A stretch of DNA of 58,689 bases, taken from Cyanophora paradoxa CCMP329. Lineage: Eukaryota; Plantae; Glaucophyta. Positions 33,301-44,638 of this stretch are shown here, in pieces. The notes beneath the pieces were generated by a model. That model did not search any database, was not told the DNA's origin, and saw only the letters and a program-made list of their open reading frames with translations. The stretch covers positions 1-58,689 of the forward strand of contig QPMI01000540.1 of NCBI GenBank assembly GCA_004431415.1, given 5' to 3'. Every line of letters begins with the position of its first letter. The first letter of the stretch is position 1. The position numbers and the translations under genes were made by a program.

Positions 33301-35400
33301 GCGGGCGGGCGTGCACCAAAATCGTGCGGTACGATGATGTCCTTGTGTTTCACGAGCATGGATTGCCGCAGCCTTTTCTCGACGATGCCCATGCTCTCCG
33401 GGTCGCCGCCGTGCTTCCTGACCGCCTCGCTCAACGCTTCGTCCAGCAGGCGCTCCCTGGGACGCCGAGTGAGATACGTCGGCCAAGGGACGGCCGCGGG
33501 GGAGGGGCACCTGTCGCCGGGCGCGCTCTGAATGCACGCAGGCAACGGGGCCGCTCGCAGGATGTGGGGGAGCTGTCGATCCTCCTCGGTCTTGTTCGGC
33601 AGACGGAAAGCGAGCGCCTCCTCCACCCGCCCGACGAACGCCCGCGCCTTCTCCTTCTCCTCCTCGGTGCCGACCACGAGGGCTTTCGCGGCATCCAGAA
33701 GCCGGGAGGCCGACTGCTCCGTCTTGCCCTTGTTCTCCCCCATCTTCCGGATGAACATGGGGGTCATCCTGGGGCCGATGCGGCGGAGGCGCGGAAAGGC
33801 GAGGAGGAGGTAGCCTAATCTCCGAAAGGCGCCGAGCTGCACCCGGGAAACGAGGGCGGCGTCATTGAGCGGATACAAATAAACCCACAAAGTAATCGAT
33901 AACATGATCCGCACCTTGTTTGTTACTTGTTTCCTGCTTGGAAGCTTCCCTTTCTTTTCAGTCTGGCCTGTGGACTTGGACGTGAACAGTTTGAAAAAGT
34001 AAAGCCAGTTGATGCCGCCGTCGATGGGACCCGAGCCTTCTTGTTGGAGGGTCTCGCGGACACGCGTGGTGGTGGGACCCGATGCTTCTCCGCGGAGGGC
34101 CTCGAAGACGAAGTCGGTGAGTGCAGTTTTGTCGGCGCCGCTGGCGGAGGGCTTCGTTTCCAGAAGGGCTTTCTGCACTTTGGATCGAAAGAAGCGCGTC
34201 CATTCGGCGTCAAAGACCATGAAGAACTGCGCCGAACAACAAGGGAAATGAGGCCCCCTGCGGCAGGATCCGGAGCAGGATGGGGGGGGGGGGGGGGCGT
34301 GGAGCCACGGACTTGGAGAAACAGCATCAATGCCACGCTCTCCCTCGCCGCGCGCTCGTTGCCTGCGCTCTCCAGTGCGCTCTGCGCCTTCGAGAGGCAC
34401 GGCGCCGCGCGCGGCACCATCGGCGCAGCCGCCGCGGCGCCGCCTTCACCGGAGGTGCCTGCTTCGGCGCTCGTGGCCGCCGGGTAGCATCGGCTTGCGT
34501 CGAGATTGCACGAGGCGAAGAGGTCGCTTTCAAGCAGCTTGACCAGGTGGGGCGACGTCGACGCACCCGTCGCGTGCGCCGGTGCATCAACCAACGTCAA
34601 CGCCCCGGGGCGCGCCTCCGTCGGTTCTACGGTCACGGATTCTCGGAAGTTCACTCCAGTCCAACCTTGCTCCAGGAATCTTGCGGCGGACTGCGCTGCA
34701 GATCCGTCGGGGTCTGGATCGGCGCCGCCCTCGGCGCCGCTGTCGCTGTCCTCGTCGTCGCTGTCGCCGCCATCGTCCTCCTCCTCCGTTTCGCTCTCCT
34801 CGTCACTCTCCTCGCTCGCTTCTTTCGTTTTGTCTTCCTTGCTGCCGTCCTCCTCCGGCCGATCCAGGAAGGAGCCGGAACCGGCGTTGGAGGCGCTCTT
34901 CTTCTCTCGGCCGTGGATGAACACGGCCATGGCCGCGCCAAAGTCTTTCCACAACTTCTTGAAGCCGGCCCGCTGCGCCGCGGACTTCCAGGCGTCGAGG
35001 TCGATGTGACGCTGCAGCGTCGTCGCGCTGTTCTTCAGTTTCCCTGCGTCTGCGGCCGAGAGGCAACTGCGCGAGAGATAGGTCGCATGAGCCTTGACCG
35101 ATTTCATCGGCGGACGCGCGCGCGGCGAGCTCGAGGCCCGTTTCGCTCGCGCCGTGTTGGGCGGCGGGCGGGCGCACCACTTGGCCTTGGCCTTGAACTT
35201 CTCGAACTTGGCATCGTTGGAGAAGCACAGGAGACAGATCACATCACGATTCTTCCAGTGCGCGTCATCCTTGCCCTTGGCCGGCCGCTTACAGGTGGAC
35301 ATGGGGATGATGGCCGGGTCGCCGCAGACGCAGCAGGTCGCCGACCTTGCGGCCGAGCTGCGCGTCGACCCTGCGAGAGCACTTAGACCATTTCGAGCCG
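30363..35400 (-). CDS. Large multi-exon gene: RING-like finger, acidic linker, helical domain (paralog 3), AAA+ ATPase, low-complexity tail (both ends approximate)
   Basis: CCVCGDPAIIPMSTC..H..ICLLC. AAA assembled by splicing: VGYDDIVDNL; LLYGSP|GTGKSLLAKTIA (Walker A across intron 33002-33112); SMW|QGNSEATVK (pore loop); IVFFVD|EADTIF (Walker B); IFIFATNFPKELQGKLFRRMELK|HYMRPPS (sensor 1 and Arg finger). Confidence 0.8.
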
Positions 35401-36221
35401 CGCCGCGCGTCCCAGCGGGCACGGGATGGCAAAAGCCGACGCACTCTTTTCGGGTTGGGGGGTGCCGCCGGAGCCGACAGCCGGCCCGCCTGCGAGTTCC
35501 TGCTCCGACGAGCCATCTGGCGGGGCGCGCGTCATCGCTGGGCAGCGTGGAGCCGCGTGGGGAGCTCGGACCTGTCCCGAGCTCCTGACCCGTCCCGGCT
35601 GCGGGCGCTGGGGGGTCGCCTCCCGACCTGCAAAGGTCGCTTTCTGTGAGCGAAACGCATAGGCCTGATATGCAAAGCTTGAGCTAGATGGTAGCGTGAC
35701 CTACCCCGCCGCGCCGTCGGGGAGCGTCATTGCAGCGCGCCTCGGATGCTGTAAGTCGAAGCTGTTTTACGCAGCTTGCGATTGCCGCTGTTGCAGTGCG
35801 ATTGGTCGGCCCCGCGCTGGGCTCGTCTAGCGTACGCGTTGCACTGGGACGGAGGGGCCGGGGTATCTGGTATCTTTTGCCTCTTGGGTACATCGTCGAG
35901 GCCACGTTGCAACACGTTATTCGATTCATGAATTCGGAACCGATTTGGTTGATTCGGTCCAACTTTTTTTTGATTTTCCGAGAGTCCGCCCAGCTCGCCA
36001 TTTGAGGTTCACAGAACGTTTCATGCAACGGCCGTGGCCCGTGAGTGCGCCCGAACCTCTGCGTTCGCGATCGGCGCCCGAACCCCGGGCGGCGCCGCGC
36101 CGGCGCGGTGCCACGGTGGACCGTCGACCGACCGTCGGACGTCGAGGCGTCGTCGACGCCGGACGAGCGGCGAGCGCGCGATTTTTTTCAAGCCTTTGCC
36201 CCGCGCTGCCGGCGCCGCCCG

Positions 36222-36522
36222 GCACCGCGGGCGGTGCTCTGGCTCTGCGCATGCGCTAGCGCTCGCGCGAGCGCTTGCAAACTGGCCCCTGCGGCACCGC
36301 GTGCGGTGCTGTCGCAGTTTTTTTCTGGACGAAAAAACCGATGGGCCGCCGGCACCGCCGGCGGTGCTGGAGCTCGGTTCTTCCGGATCCGGCACCGCAG
36401 GCGGTGCCGGCGCAAGCGGGGCACTTGCAAACTGGCCCCTGCGGCACCGCGTGCGGTGCTGCGGCAGTTTTTTTTCAGTACTAGTCTGGCGCGCGCCGGC
36501 ACTGCGGCACCGCCGGCGGTGC
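36222..36522. repeat. Six copies of the palindrome GCACCGC-NN-GCGGTGC
   Basis: Copies start at 36222, 36294, 36352, 36392, 36444 and 36507. Confidence 0.9.
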
Positions 36523-36700
36523 TGCGGCTTTGCAGGGTACTGCGTGCGGCCGCGGTGCGCATGCATATGCATATGCTCGTACGTCTATACTGTCTTGGGT
36601 ACGTGAATCCTTTTCATTCTGGTACGCAAGGATGACTAAACACAGATCCGATGATCATGATCAGCATCAACACAGATCCGATGATCATGATCATGACAGC

Positions 36701-37386
36701 CTACATGCGGGGCAAGGCAAAGGCGGCGTGGGCGTGGATCTCCTGGATGCGGAGCAGGTCGCGGGCCAGCGGGAGGACCTCGATCATCGCCTCGTACAGG
36801 CGCCCGTCGTTGTCATAGTCATAGTCGTCGTCGCTGGGGAGCACGCGCGCGGAGAGGGCGCGCCACTCGACCTGCAGGCGCCGGACGGCCTGCGGCAGCC
36901 CGCCGCGCTCCGCGGCGCAGTCGAGCACGGTCCGCTCGAGGAGCGGGGCGTCGACGGGACCGCCGCCCGCCGTGCCCGCGACGGCGAGGCGGGTGCCGGT
37001 GAGGAGCGTCGCGCGGTTCACGGCGGCAAGGAGCGCGGCGCGCTTGGTCGCGACGATGTGCCCGGAGGTGGTCGCGACCCGGGCAGGAGCTGCCGGTACA
37101 TCTGGCGGAGGGCCGCGACCTCGCCGTCGGGGATCGCGGCGAGCTCCGAGGCCGACATCTGCTGGATGCAGCGCGAGTCGTCGAGGAACGTGAGGGTGCG
37201 CGTGCATTTGCCGTAGAGGTCGCGCGACTGGGCGTTGAAATCGTCGTAGCTTTCTCCAAAGAACCCGACGACGGCGCGGGCGCCGCGGACCAGCACGGTG
37301 CGGTTAAAGGCCATGGTGTAGCGGGTTGGATCCGTTGCGAGGGTGAGTGCGAGTGCGGCGCGGGCTTGGGCGGCGGCGCGCTCCAC
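36701..37386 (-). CDS. Hypothetical protein (one frameshift near 37080)
   Basis: ORFs 37018-37386 and 36701-37207 join into a protein-like sequence (MAFNRTVLVRG..YRQLLP / RVATTSGHIV..AFALPRM); no motif recognised. Confidence 0.5.
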
Positions 37387-37539
37387 CCGCCGCGCCGTAC
37401 CGATTCAACTAATTTTGCAGAGCCGGAGACGCCTTCATCTGTTTCGGCGCCTCGTCGGCGCGGGCCTACCCCCCTCGGCTGCGCAGGCGTGCACGGGGGG
37501 GTGGCGCGGCTGCCCCGGGTGCTGCGGGGGTACGCGCCC

Positions 37540-38430
37540 CCGCCCGCGGAGGAGGTCTAGGGGGGTAGAGCGGCGGGCAAGGCGTCTCGGTCCCGCCCTT
37601 TGTTCGTCTTGCCCCCTCACCCCCCTCTTTCACCCCCCCCGCACCCTCTCGTTGGCTACCGTACCCCATTTTCACACTCTCCCCCCGCACAGAGCTCGGC
37701 CATTTCCCGCTTCTATGTGGAGAAGGGGGGTACCGCGACCTCAAGGGCACGGCGAGAGGTAGGTGAGCGAGTCGATCCGGAAGCAGTACCTCCGTGCACG
37801 GCGTCGGCCGGTACGCGCCCCCGTCCCGCTCCCCGCATTGCCCGGTAATCGGACGAGCTCTGTGCAGGGGGGAGGAGGTCCAGGGGGGTAGAGCGGCGGG
37901 CAAGGCGTCTCGGTCCGCCCTTTTGTTCGTCTTGCCCCCATCTCCCCCCCTCTTTCACCGTACCCCCTTTTCACACTCCCCCCGTCCCGCTCCCCGCATT
38001 GCCCGGTAATCGGACGAGCTCTGTGCAGGGGGGAGGAGGTCCAGGGGGGTAGAGCGGCGGGCAAGGCGTCTCGGTCCCGCCCCTTTGTTCGTCTTGCCCC
38101 CCTCTCCCCCCCTCTTTCACCCCCCCGCACCCTCTCGTCGGCTACCGTACCCCCTTTTCACACCCTCCCCGTCCCGCTCCCCGCATTGCCCGGTAATCGG
38201 ACGAGCTCTGTGCAGGGGGGAGGAGGTCTAGGGGGGTAGAGCGGCGGGCAAGGCGTCTCGGTCCCGCCCCTTTGTTCGTCTTGCCCCCCTCTCCCCTCCT
38301 CTTCCACCCCCCTCCCCCCCCCGCACCTTTTCGTCGGCTACCGTACCCCCCTTTTCACACTCCCCCCCCCGCGCAGAGCTCGGCCATTTCCCGCTTCTAT
38401 GTGGAGAAAGGGGGCTACCGCAACCTCAAG
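37540..38430. repeat. Repeat family C, ~160-190 bp units with a variant core (ATCGGACGAGCTCTGTGCAGGGG)
   Basis: CCCCGTCCCGCTCCCCGCATTGCCCGGTAATCGGACGAGCTCTG at ~37819, 37979 and 38167; CAGAGCTCGGCCAT at ~37690 and 38376. Confidence 0.9.
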
Positions 38431-38631
38431 GGCACAGCGACGAGGCGCGCAAGGAAAAAAAAACCGCACCGATCCCGGGTACGCGTCCCCCACCCCTCTA
38501 ATATAATTCAAATACAATTCAAATTCGGTACGAGATATATATATGTTATATAACGCCCTGCGCAGGCCACAGGGGTACGTATATATACACACACATACAA
38601 GGGCAAGGCGCGAGGCGCGGCGCGCGCCGGC

Positions 38632-39242
38632 TCACGCGCTCGGCGCGGCGCCGTCTCGATCGGGCGGGGAGAGCCAGGCGGGATCGACGAAGCGCGCGCA
38701 GAGGGCCCGCGGGAGGGCCGGGTCCAGCCCCGCGGCGGCCTCGGCGAGCCGCGCCGCGTAGGCCTCGCGACCGGCCTCGTAGAGGCGCCGGTGCGCCGCC
38801 GCGAGCGGCACGATCTCGAGGCCCGGGTCGGCGCGGCAGAGGGGGCACCGGAGCGGCGCGATCGGAGGAGGCAGCCGAGGCAGAAGACGTGCCCGCACCC
38901 GAGGCGCGTCGGGCGGCACGGGAGCTGGAGGCAGACGGCGCACACGGCGTCGTCGTCGAGCGCGGCGCGCGCGGCGGGGCGCCACAGGTTGCTCGTGCAC
39001 GTCCAGGCGACGTGGGCGGCGCGGCCGACCGCCTCGTAGCGCGCCAGGGCGCCGGCGTCGCGGGTCGGGTCGCCCCCGGCGGGCGCCTCGACGATCTCGC
39101 TCACGATGCGGCTGGACTTGACGCCGAGCGCGAGCGGCGCGGCGATCACGCCCCGGGCGGCGTCGTAGGCGTGCCCGTCCAGATACTTCCACCGTCCGAG
39201 GTCGTAGGTGCGCTCGGGCGCGGGCGCAGCGGCAGAGGCCAT
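38632..39242 (-). CDS. C3HC4 RING finger protein (one frameshift near 38860)
   Basis: CAVCLQLPCRPTRLGCGHVFCLGC..CPLCR. Confidence 0.85.
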
Positions 39243-39900
39243 TCCGAGGGTGCTGGCGGGGGGTACGGGGGGGAGCCGGGCCGGTGTGGGGCACCCCTCT
39301 ACCTCCTAGGAGAATTCCCCGGGGGGTATTTAGCCGTTTGACCTCCCCCTCCCCCCCCGTACCCCCCTCCCTCACCTTGCCCCGCTACCCCCCAATCCCT
39401 CCCTTCTCTCCCTCCTTCCCCTCTACGCTCTTGCCCCCTTCCCCTCACGCCATCCCCCAGAGGGACGGGATTGGAGGACACGACACCATCACGGGAGGCG
39501 ACGGCGGCGGCGACGGGAGGGGAGGCCAGTAGCCCAACCTACTGGGGCTGGCAAGCTAGCTAGATACGAAACCCTCGAACCTTTCGTTCATTTTGCATCG
39601 TTTCTAAAGCACAGCATGCGACGATCCTCAGTAGTATCTAGTCGGAGAGATGTATTGGGCGATGTGAAACTCATTGTAGTTGTACATGTGTTGTGTGCGA
39701 ATGCAAGAGATTGAAATCTCCCTTGCCCCGCTCTGCGCTCTTGCCCCCTTCCCCCCCCCCACCCCACCCCACCCCCCTCCATCCCCTCCCCTCTCGCCGA
39801 TTCGGCCCAACGGACCGAATCGAGCGACTCGGCGGCCGGCGGCGCTCCAACGCATAAAAGAGAGGCGCCATGCGGTCGGGGCGTCAGTCTCGACTGCACG

Positions 39901-42186
39901 ATGAAACGCCCGGCGGACCACGATGCGTCCGAGGGTCCCACCGGCGACCGAACCGGAGTAGCACCGCCGGCGGTGCCACCGTGCAACGCAGCGGCACAAG
40001 TCACGATCAAGCGCGAGGGGGCGGCACCGCAGGCGGTGCCGCCGTGCGCCGCCGCGGCGCAGGCCAAGCGCGAGGGGCGGCACCGCCGGCGGTGCCGCTG
40101 CCGCCCAAGGAGGGCGCCGGCGCCGATGCAGAGGGCGACCTCGAGATGGAGGACAAGGCGCCGGCGGGCGCGACCGCGCCGCCCTCGGGCGCGCCCCTCC
40201 CCGCCCCCGCCGCGAACCAGATCGTGCGGACCACGGTCCTCGTCAAGAGCAACCCGCGCAAGGGCGCCGCGCGCGACGCGATCTTTGCCGTCCCTGGCAG
40301 CCCGCCGACGTGGAGAGGCTCGAGTCGCCGGTCGCGCGCCGCGCCGTCGTCCAGATCTCGCCCCAGATCCTCGTCGAGCACGCGGGCGGCGCCCGGCGCA
40401 CCCTCCGCGCGTTCAACGTCTTTGACTTTGACGTCCCCAACATCCGCTTCCCCGAGGCGCTGGAGGGCGGCTCGCTCGGGAGGGAGCAGCTGAAGAACGC
40501 CAAGAAAGAGTACCTCGCCGGCGTGCTGGCGCGGTGCGAGACCCTCGCCCAGTACTGGACCGAGGTCCCCGAGATCCTCGGCGTCGCCCGCCGCGCGCGC
40601 GACTTTGCCCGGGCCCTCCAGGCGCGCGGCGTCGCCGTCCTCGTCGTCTTCTCGGGCCTTAAGGGCTTCCACGTCTACGTGCGCGACGCCGACCTCGTCG
40701 CGGCGGTCGAGGGGCCCGGCGCCGCCGTGTACGCCAAGGAGGACCTCGACCAGTGGTGGGGCATTGTGCGCGCCAAGCTCAAGCGGCTCGAGGAGGACTC
40801 GGCGGCGGCGCTGCGCGACCCGTCGGTCCCGCAGGGGGAGAAGAGCCGCCTCCGCCGCTCCTTCTGGTCCAAGGCCACGCGCGCCGCTGGCCCGCGGCGC
40901 GTCCCCGGCATGTACAAGGCGGGACGGTGGGAGGGGCGCGAGGCCTTTGAGCGCGTCGTCGTCCCGTTTGCGGAGGAGCGCGGGATCGGGGCGATGGTGG
41001 AGCAGCTGGAAAGGGAGGGCGTCCTGGACCTCGCGCCGTTCCGCGTCAACAGCGGCTGCCGCTCCGACGAGCACCGCCACGGCTGGACCTCCTACTACCC
41101 GTGGCGGTACCCCTGGAGGCCGTCGACGACGCGGCGATCGCGGCGACGGTCCGCCTGCACGCCACGCGGCCCGACCCGCTCCTCGTCGCGTGGAACAGCG
41201 ACGAGTGGCGCTGGCTGCGCGAGCTCGCGCGCGAGATCGCCCCCAAGCACACCCTCCACGTGGCGGCCCCGCGGACGGCGCCCGCCCTCCGCCGCCCAAG
41301 CGCCCGCGCGCCCCCCGGGCCCCGGCCGCCGCCGACGCTCGATCGGGAGGGCGAGAAGGAGGAGGAGGAGGAGGAGGGCGGGAATGCGGAGGACGGGGAC
41401 GCCGAGGACGAGGCGACGATCAGCGAGGGCGTGGTGGAGCGCCTCGGGCTCCTCGCGTGCGGGGCGGGGCGCGGGCGGGGCTGGAGCGCCGCCCCGGCCG
41501 CGGCCGCGGCGGCCGTGGCGGCCCTCGATCTCCCACTTTGTTTCGCCGCCCGACGCGGACGGGGGCGAGCTCTGCCCCACGGCCGGGACCACGAGCGCGT
41601 GGAGACGAGCATGTGGGTGGCGGAGAGCGGCATCCGCGGCGTCCTCGCCGCGACGGCGCACTGCTACTCGCTCCGCTGCGCCGGCGAGCCGCTCCTGGGC
41701 GCCCTCGCGTGGGCCCAGCCGGGCGCCTTTGGCGGCGCCTCGACCCTCGCCCAGGCCGACGCGGCGCTCCTGGGGCTCCACGCCACCGTCGCCCGCATCG
41801 CCGACCGGAGCCTCCAGCTCGCGGAGAGGCTCGCGCGCGCGGCGGCGGCGGCGGCGGCGGCAGAGGCGCAGGCGGCAGCGGCGGCGGCAGAGGGGAGGGG
41901 GCAGGGGGACGGGCCCCAGGACGGCGCGCGCGGGGCGGCGCCGGCGCCGGCCGCCCCCGCCCTCCCGCAGCGGCCGGCGGGGGCGCTGCCCCCCGTCCGC
42001 GTCGCCTCGCACGTCGAGGGCCGCTCCTACTTTGTCCGCGTCCCCTGCTGGAGCTGCGGTCACCGCAAGGGGAAGCTCTTCATCGACCAGACGAGCGGGG
42101 AGGCCACACATATAAAAACAAATATTATTATCCCTCGCGTTCCGCTCAGGATAATAATATTTGTTTTTATATGTGTGTTATTATAA
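39901..42186 (+). CDS. Archaeo-eukaryotic primase (AEP/PrimPol-like) with Cys/His-containing C-terminus; about three frameshifts as assembled
   Basis: Motif I VFDFD, motif II VVFSGLKGFHVY, probable motif III VLDLAPF; C-terminal HCYSLRC..VPCWSCGH. Confidence 0.82.
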
Positions 42187-42432
42187 GTTATATAAAGATA
42201 TTAGCATTTTTATCATAGTGTATATCGATATATGATATGTATTCTATCGGTAGTTCGTAAATGAATCAATAAAAATAATATAAGTATCGTGGAATCTTTG
42301 TAAAATATGTATATATAATATGTAATCGCGATATAGCCGATATGTGTTTACGATGCGCGATGTGTATCTAAAACAACTACAATGTGCTGCTTGGGACGCG
42401 CCTCATATAGTCATGTGTATCACCTACGTAGC

Positions 42433-43450
42433 TTCGATAGGGTGGGGCGGGTGGGTGAGGTGGGGCATTTTTTGAATTCCCTAAAATGTTTCACTCCCAA
42501 AAATTCTTGGTCAAAAAGACCCCACCCAACCCCACTTACCCCACCCTGTATTATTCTCTTTATCTATGATTGATTTCAATGTAATTTAAATATAAATATG
42601 TATGATTGAGTATGTTAAATTAATACTGGGTGGGGTGTGAGGGTGGGGTGTGAGTGGTATCGGTATGGTAGTCCAATCTAAGATGGCACACATAAAATCA
42701 TGATGTGTTATTTTACTTCCGGTTTGATACTTATCGGACTTCGATAACTTCGATAGGGTGGGGCGGGTGGGGTGAGGTGGGGCATTTTTTTGAATTCCCT
42801 AAAATAATTCCCCTCAAAAATTCTTGGTCAAAAAAGACCCCACCCAACCCCACTTACCCCACCCTGTATCTTTTATTATATTTATGATTGATTTCAATGT
42901 GATTAATGTATAAAATATAGAGATTATGTATGTTAAATTAATACCGGGTGGGGTGTGAGGGTGGGGTGTGAAAGTGGTATCAGCCAACCATTTAATAATT
43001 ACGATATTGAACCGACGTGATACCGACGAGATATGATATATTCAGATCGTATTAGAACGGCGCGATCACTAAGAAAAACAAGTATCATGTGCTGTATATT
43101 TCGCGATCCCTGAATCGCGAATCGATAGGGTGGGGTGAGAAAGTGGGGCACCACCCTCACTGTATACACTGTGATATGATCGCAATCCCGATGTAGCCTA
43201 CTATGATATCGTGCGGACTTCGATAGGGTGGGGTAAGTGGGGTGAGGTGGGGCATTTTTTTGAATCCCTTAAATTTTTGGGGGGTCAAATATTTTTGGGC
43301 AAAAAAGACCCCACCCAACCCCACCCTCCCCACCCTGTATTACTTATCGATACACCTCACTTATTTCAATGTATAAACTCTAATTAAAATAGATAGTAAA
43401 TATGTATAGAAATAACGTGAATGTGGTATAGGGTGGGGTGTAGGGTGGGG
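42433..43450. repeat. AT-rich region with three ~110-bp hairpin units (~34-bp imperfect inverted arms of G4-type tracts) and partial copies
   Basis: AGGGTGGGG..GGTGGGGCATTTTTT ... AAAAAGACCCCACCCAACCCCAC..CCCCACCCT at ~42439-42548, 42755-42866 and 43225-43337. Confidence 0.85.
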
Positions 43451-44638
43451 GCAAAATGCAAACTGAATCAGTGCGATATAATTTAGTGAACACAAAGTGG
43501 ATATGAAGTGGATACGAAGTGGATACGAAGGGGATAAGTGCGCCCCGCCCACTATGCAAGATACATGCAAACTACATGCGAGTTCTATGAAAACAATAAC
43601 GATTTAGTCATGTATATATTTCGTATATATGTCCGCACCTCCGTGTGTGTGATCCCGCACAACTTTGCTTTTTTGTGTTTTTTTTGTTTTTTTTCGCATA
43701 TCACGACTGTTGCCACTGTAGTTTAGCTTGCATTCAGGCCTTCGAGCCACTCTGTAGTATAGTGCTAGTGCGCGGGCTGAGGCTGTAGCACTTCTCAATA
43801 GCTCATAGACTTGCCGGTACCTCCGCAGTACCTAGGACTCCTCCGGCGTTGCCGGTTCGTAGACAGATTCTGTACCCCCCCCACGTTGTTCGATACCCCC
43901 TCAGTCCTGTAAGAAGCCCAGCTGCGACCCGTTCGTGCTACGCCTGCGCGCCTGCTGCCTAGGCATGGGGCTGGGATCACATTGGGACACTAACTAAGCC
44001 TATTTGACCCTCGCCGGGACGATCGCTGGCCTGACGGCGGTTCGACAACGACCCGCCGCCACCTGGCGTGAACCCGCGGGAGGAGAGTGCGTCATCCTCG
44101 ACGGACGTGCTAGACTACACGACCGCGTGCCCGCTGGACGCGCCGACCGGCCGGAGCACGACCTAACTGACGGAGCTGACTTCCTTGTCCTTCGCCAAAC
44201 TTGTCGCGCGGCGTGCCTTGCTCTACGCAGGACACGTGCGGGAACGAACACTCGCTGCAGGCAGTGACCCGTGTCTTGCGGCTCGCTGCCCAGTGCAGGA
44301 GAGAGTGAGGCGAAATCACTCGACCTTTACGTGTAGCGACCCGTGACTTGCGGCTCGTTACGCCTAAAGGGCAACGTGTATCGGTGCGCGATCTGCACTG
44401 CACGTTGCTGTCGCTGTCGTGTCGTACTCTCGTCGCGATCGTCGTGCTCGTGCACGCGCGCTGAGAGCTCCGCAGCTGTTGACAACACTGTCAGCAGCTC
44501 GGCCAACGACACGCAGTGACTGCTCGACTGCCCTCGCCCTCGTAGTCGGCCACACGGCGGCCGCGATCGCGACGCAGTACGTTACGGACACACCGGCATA
44601 CGCCGCGTACGTGACACGCAGGACGTAAACGAGCAACC

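Larger units (their letters stand above)
1..43700. mobile_element. Putative giant tyrosine-recombinase element or endogenous intron-containing DNA-virus-like element (left end outside window, right end approximate)
   Basis: Dense cluster of YR, AEP primase, GIY-YIG, TFIIB-like, H3, SET, TET/JBP, RING, Skp1-like and AAA genes. One 15-bp core motif is shared by repeat clusters from 0.3 to 38.4 kb. Abrupt switch to AT-rich DNA at ~42.1 kb. Boundaries and target site not demonstrated. Confidence 0.6.

Noticed and set aside
42433-43450. Telomeric repeat
   Set aside because: G-tracts are irregular and arranged as inverted pairs, not a tandem TTAGGG-type run.
1-43700. Assignment to Polinton/PLV, NCLDV, mirusvirus, Starship, Crypton or KDZ
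   Set aside because: No capsid, packaging ATPase, PolB, DUF3435-specific or KDZ transposase motif was recognised in the window; cannot be assigned without searches and flanking sequence.
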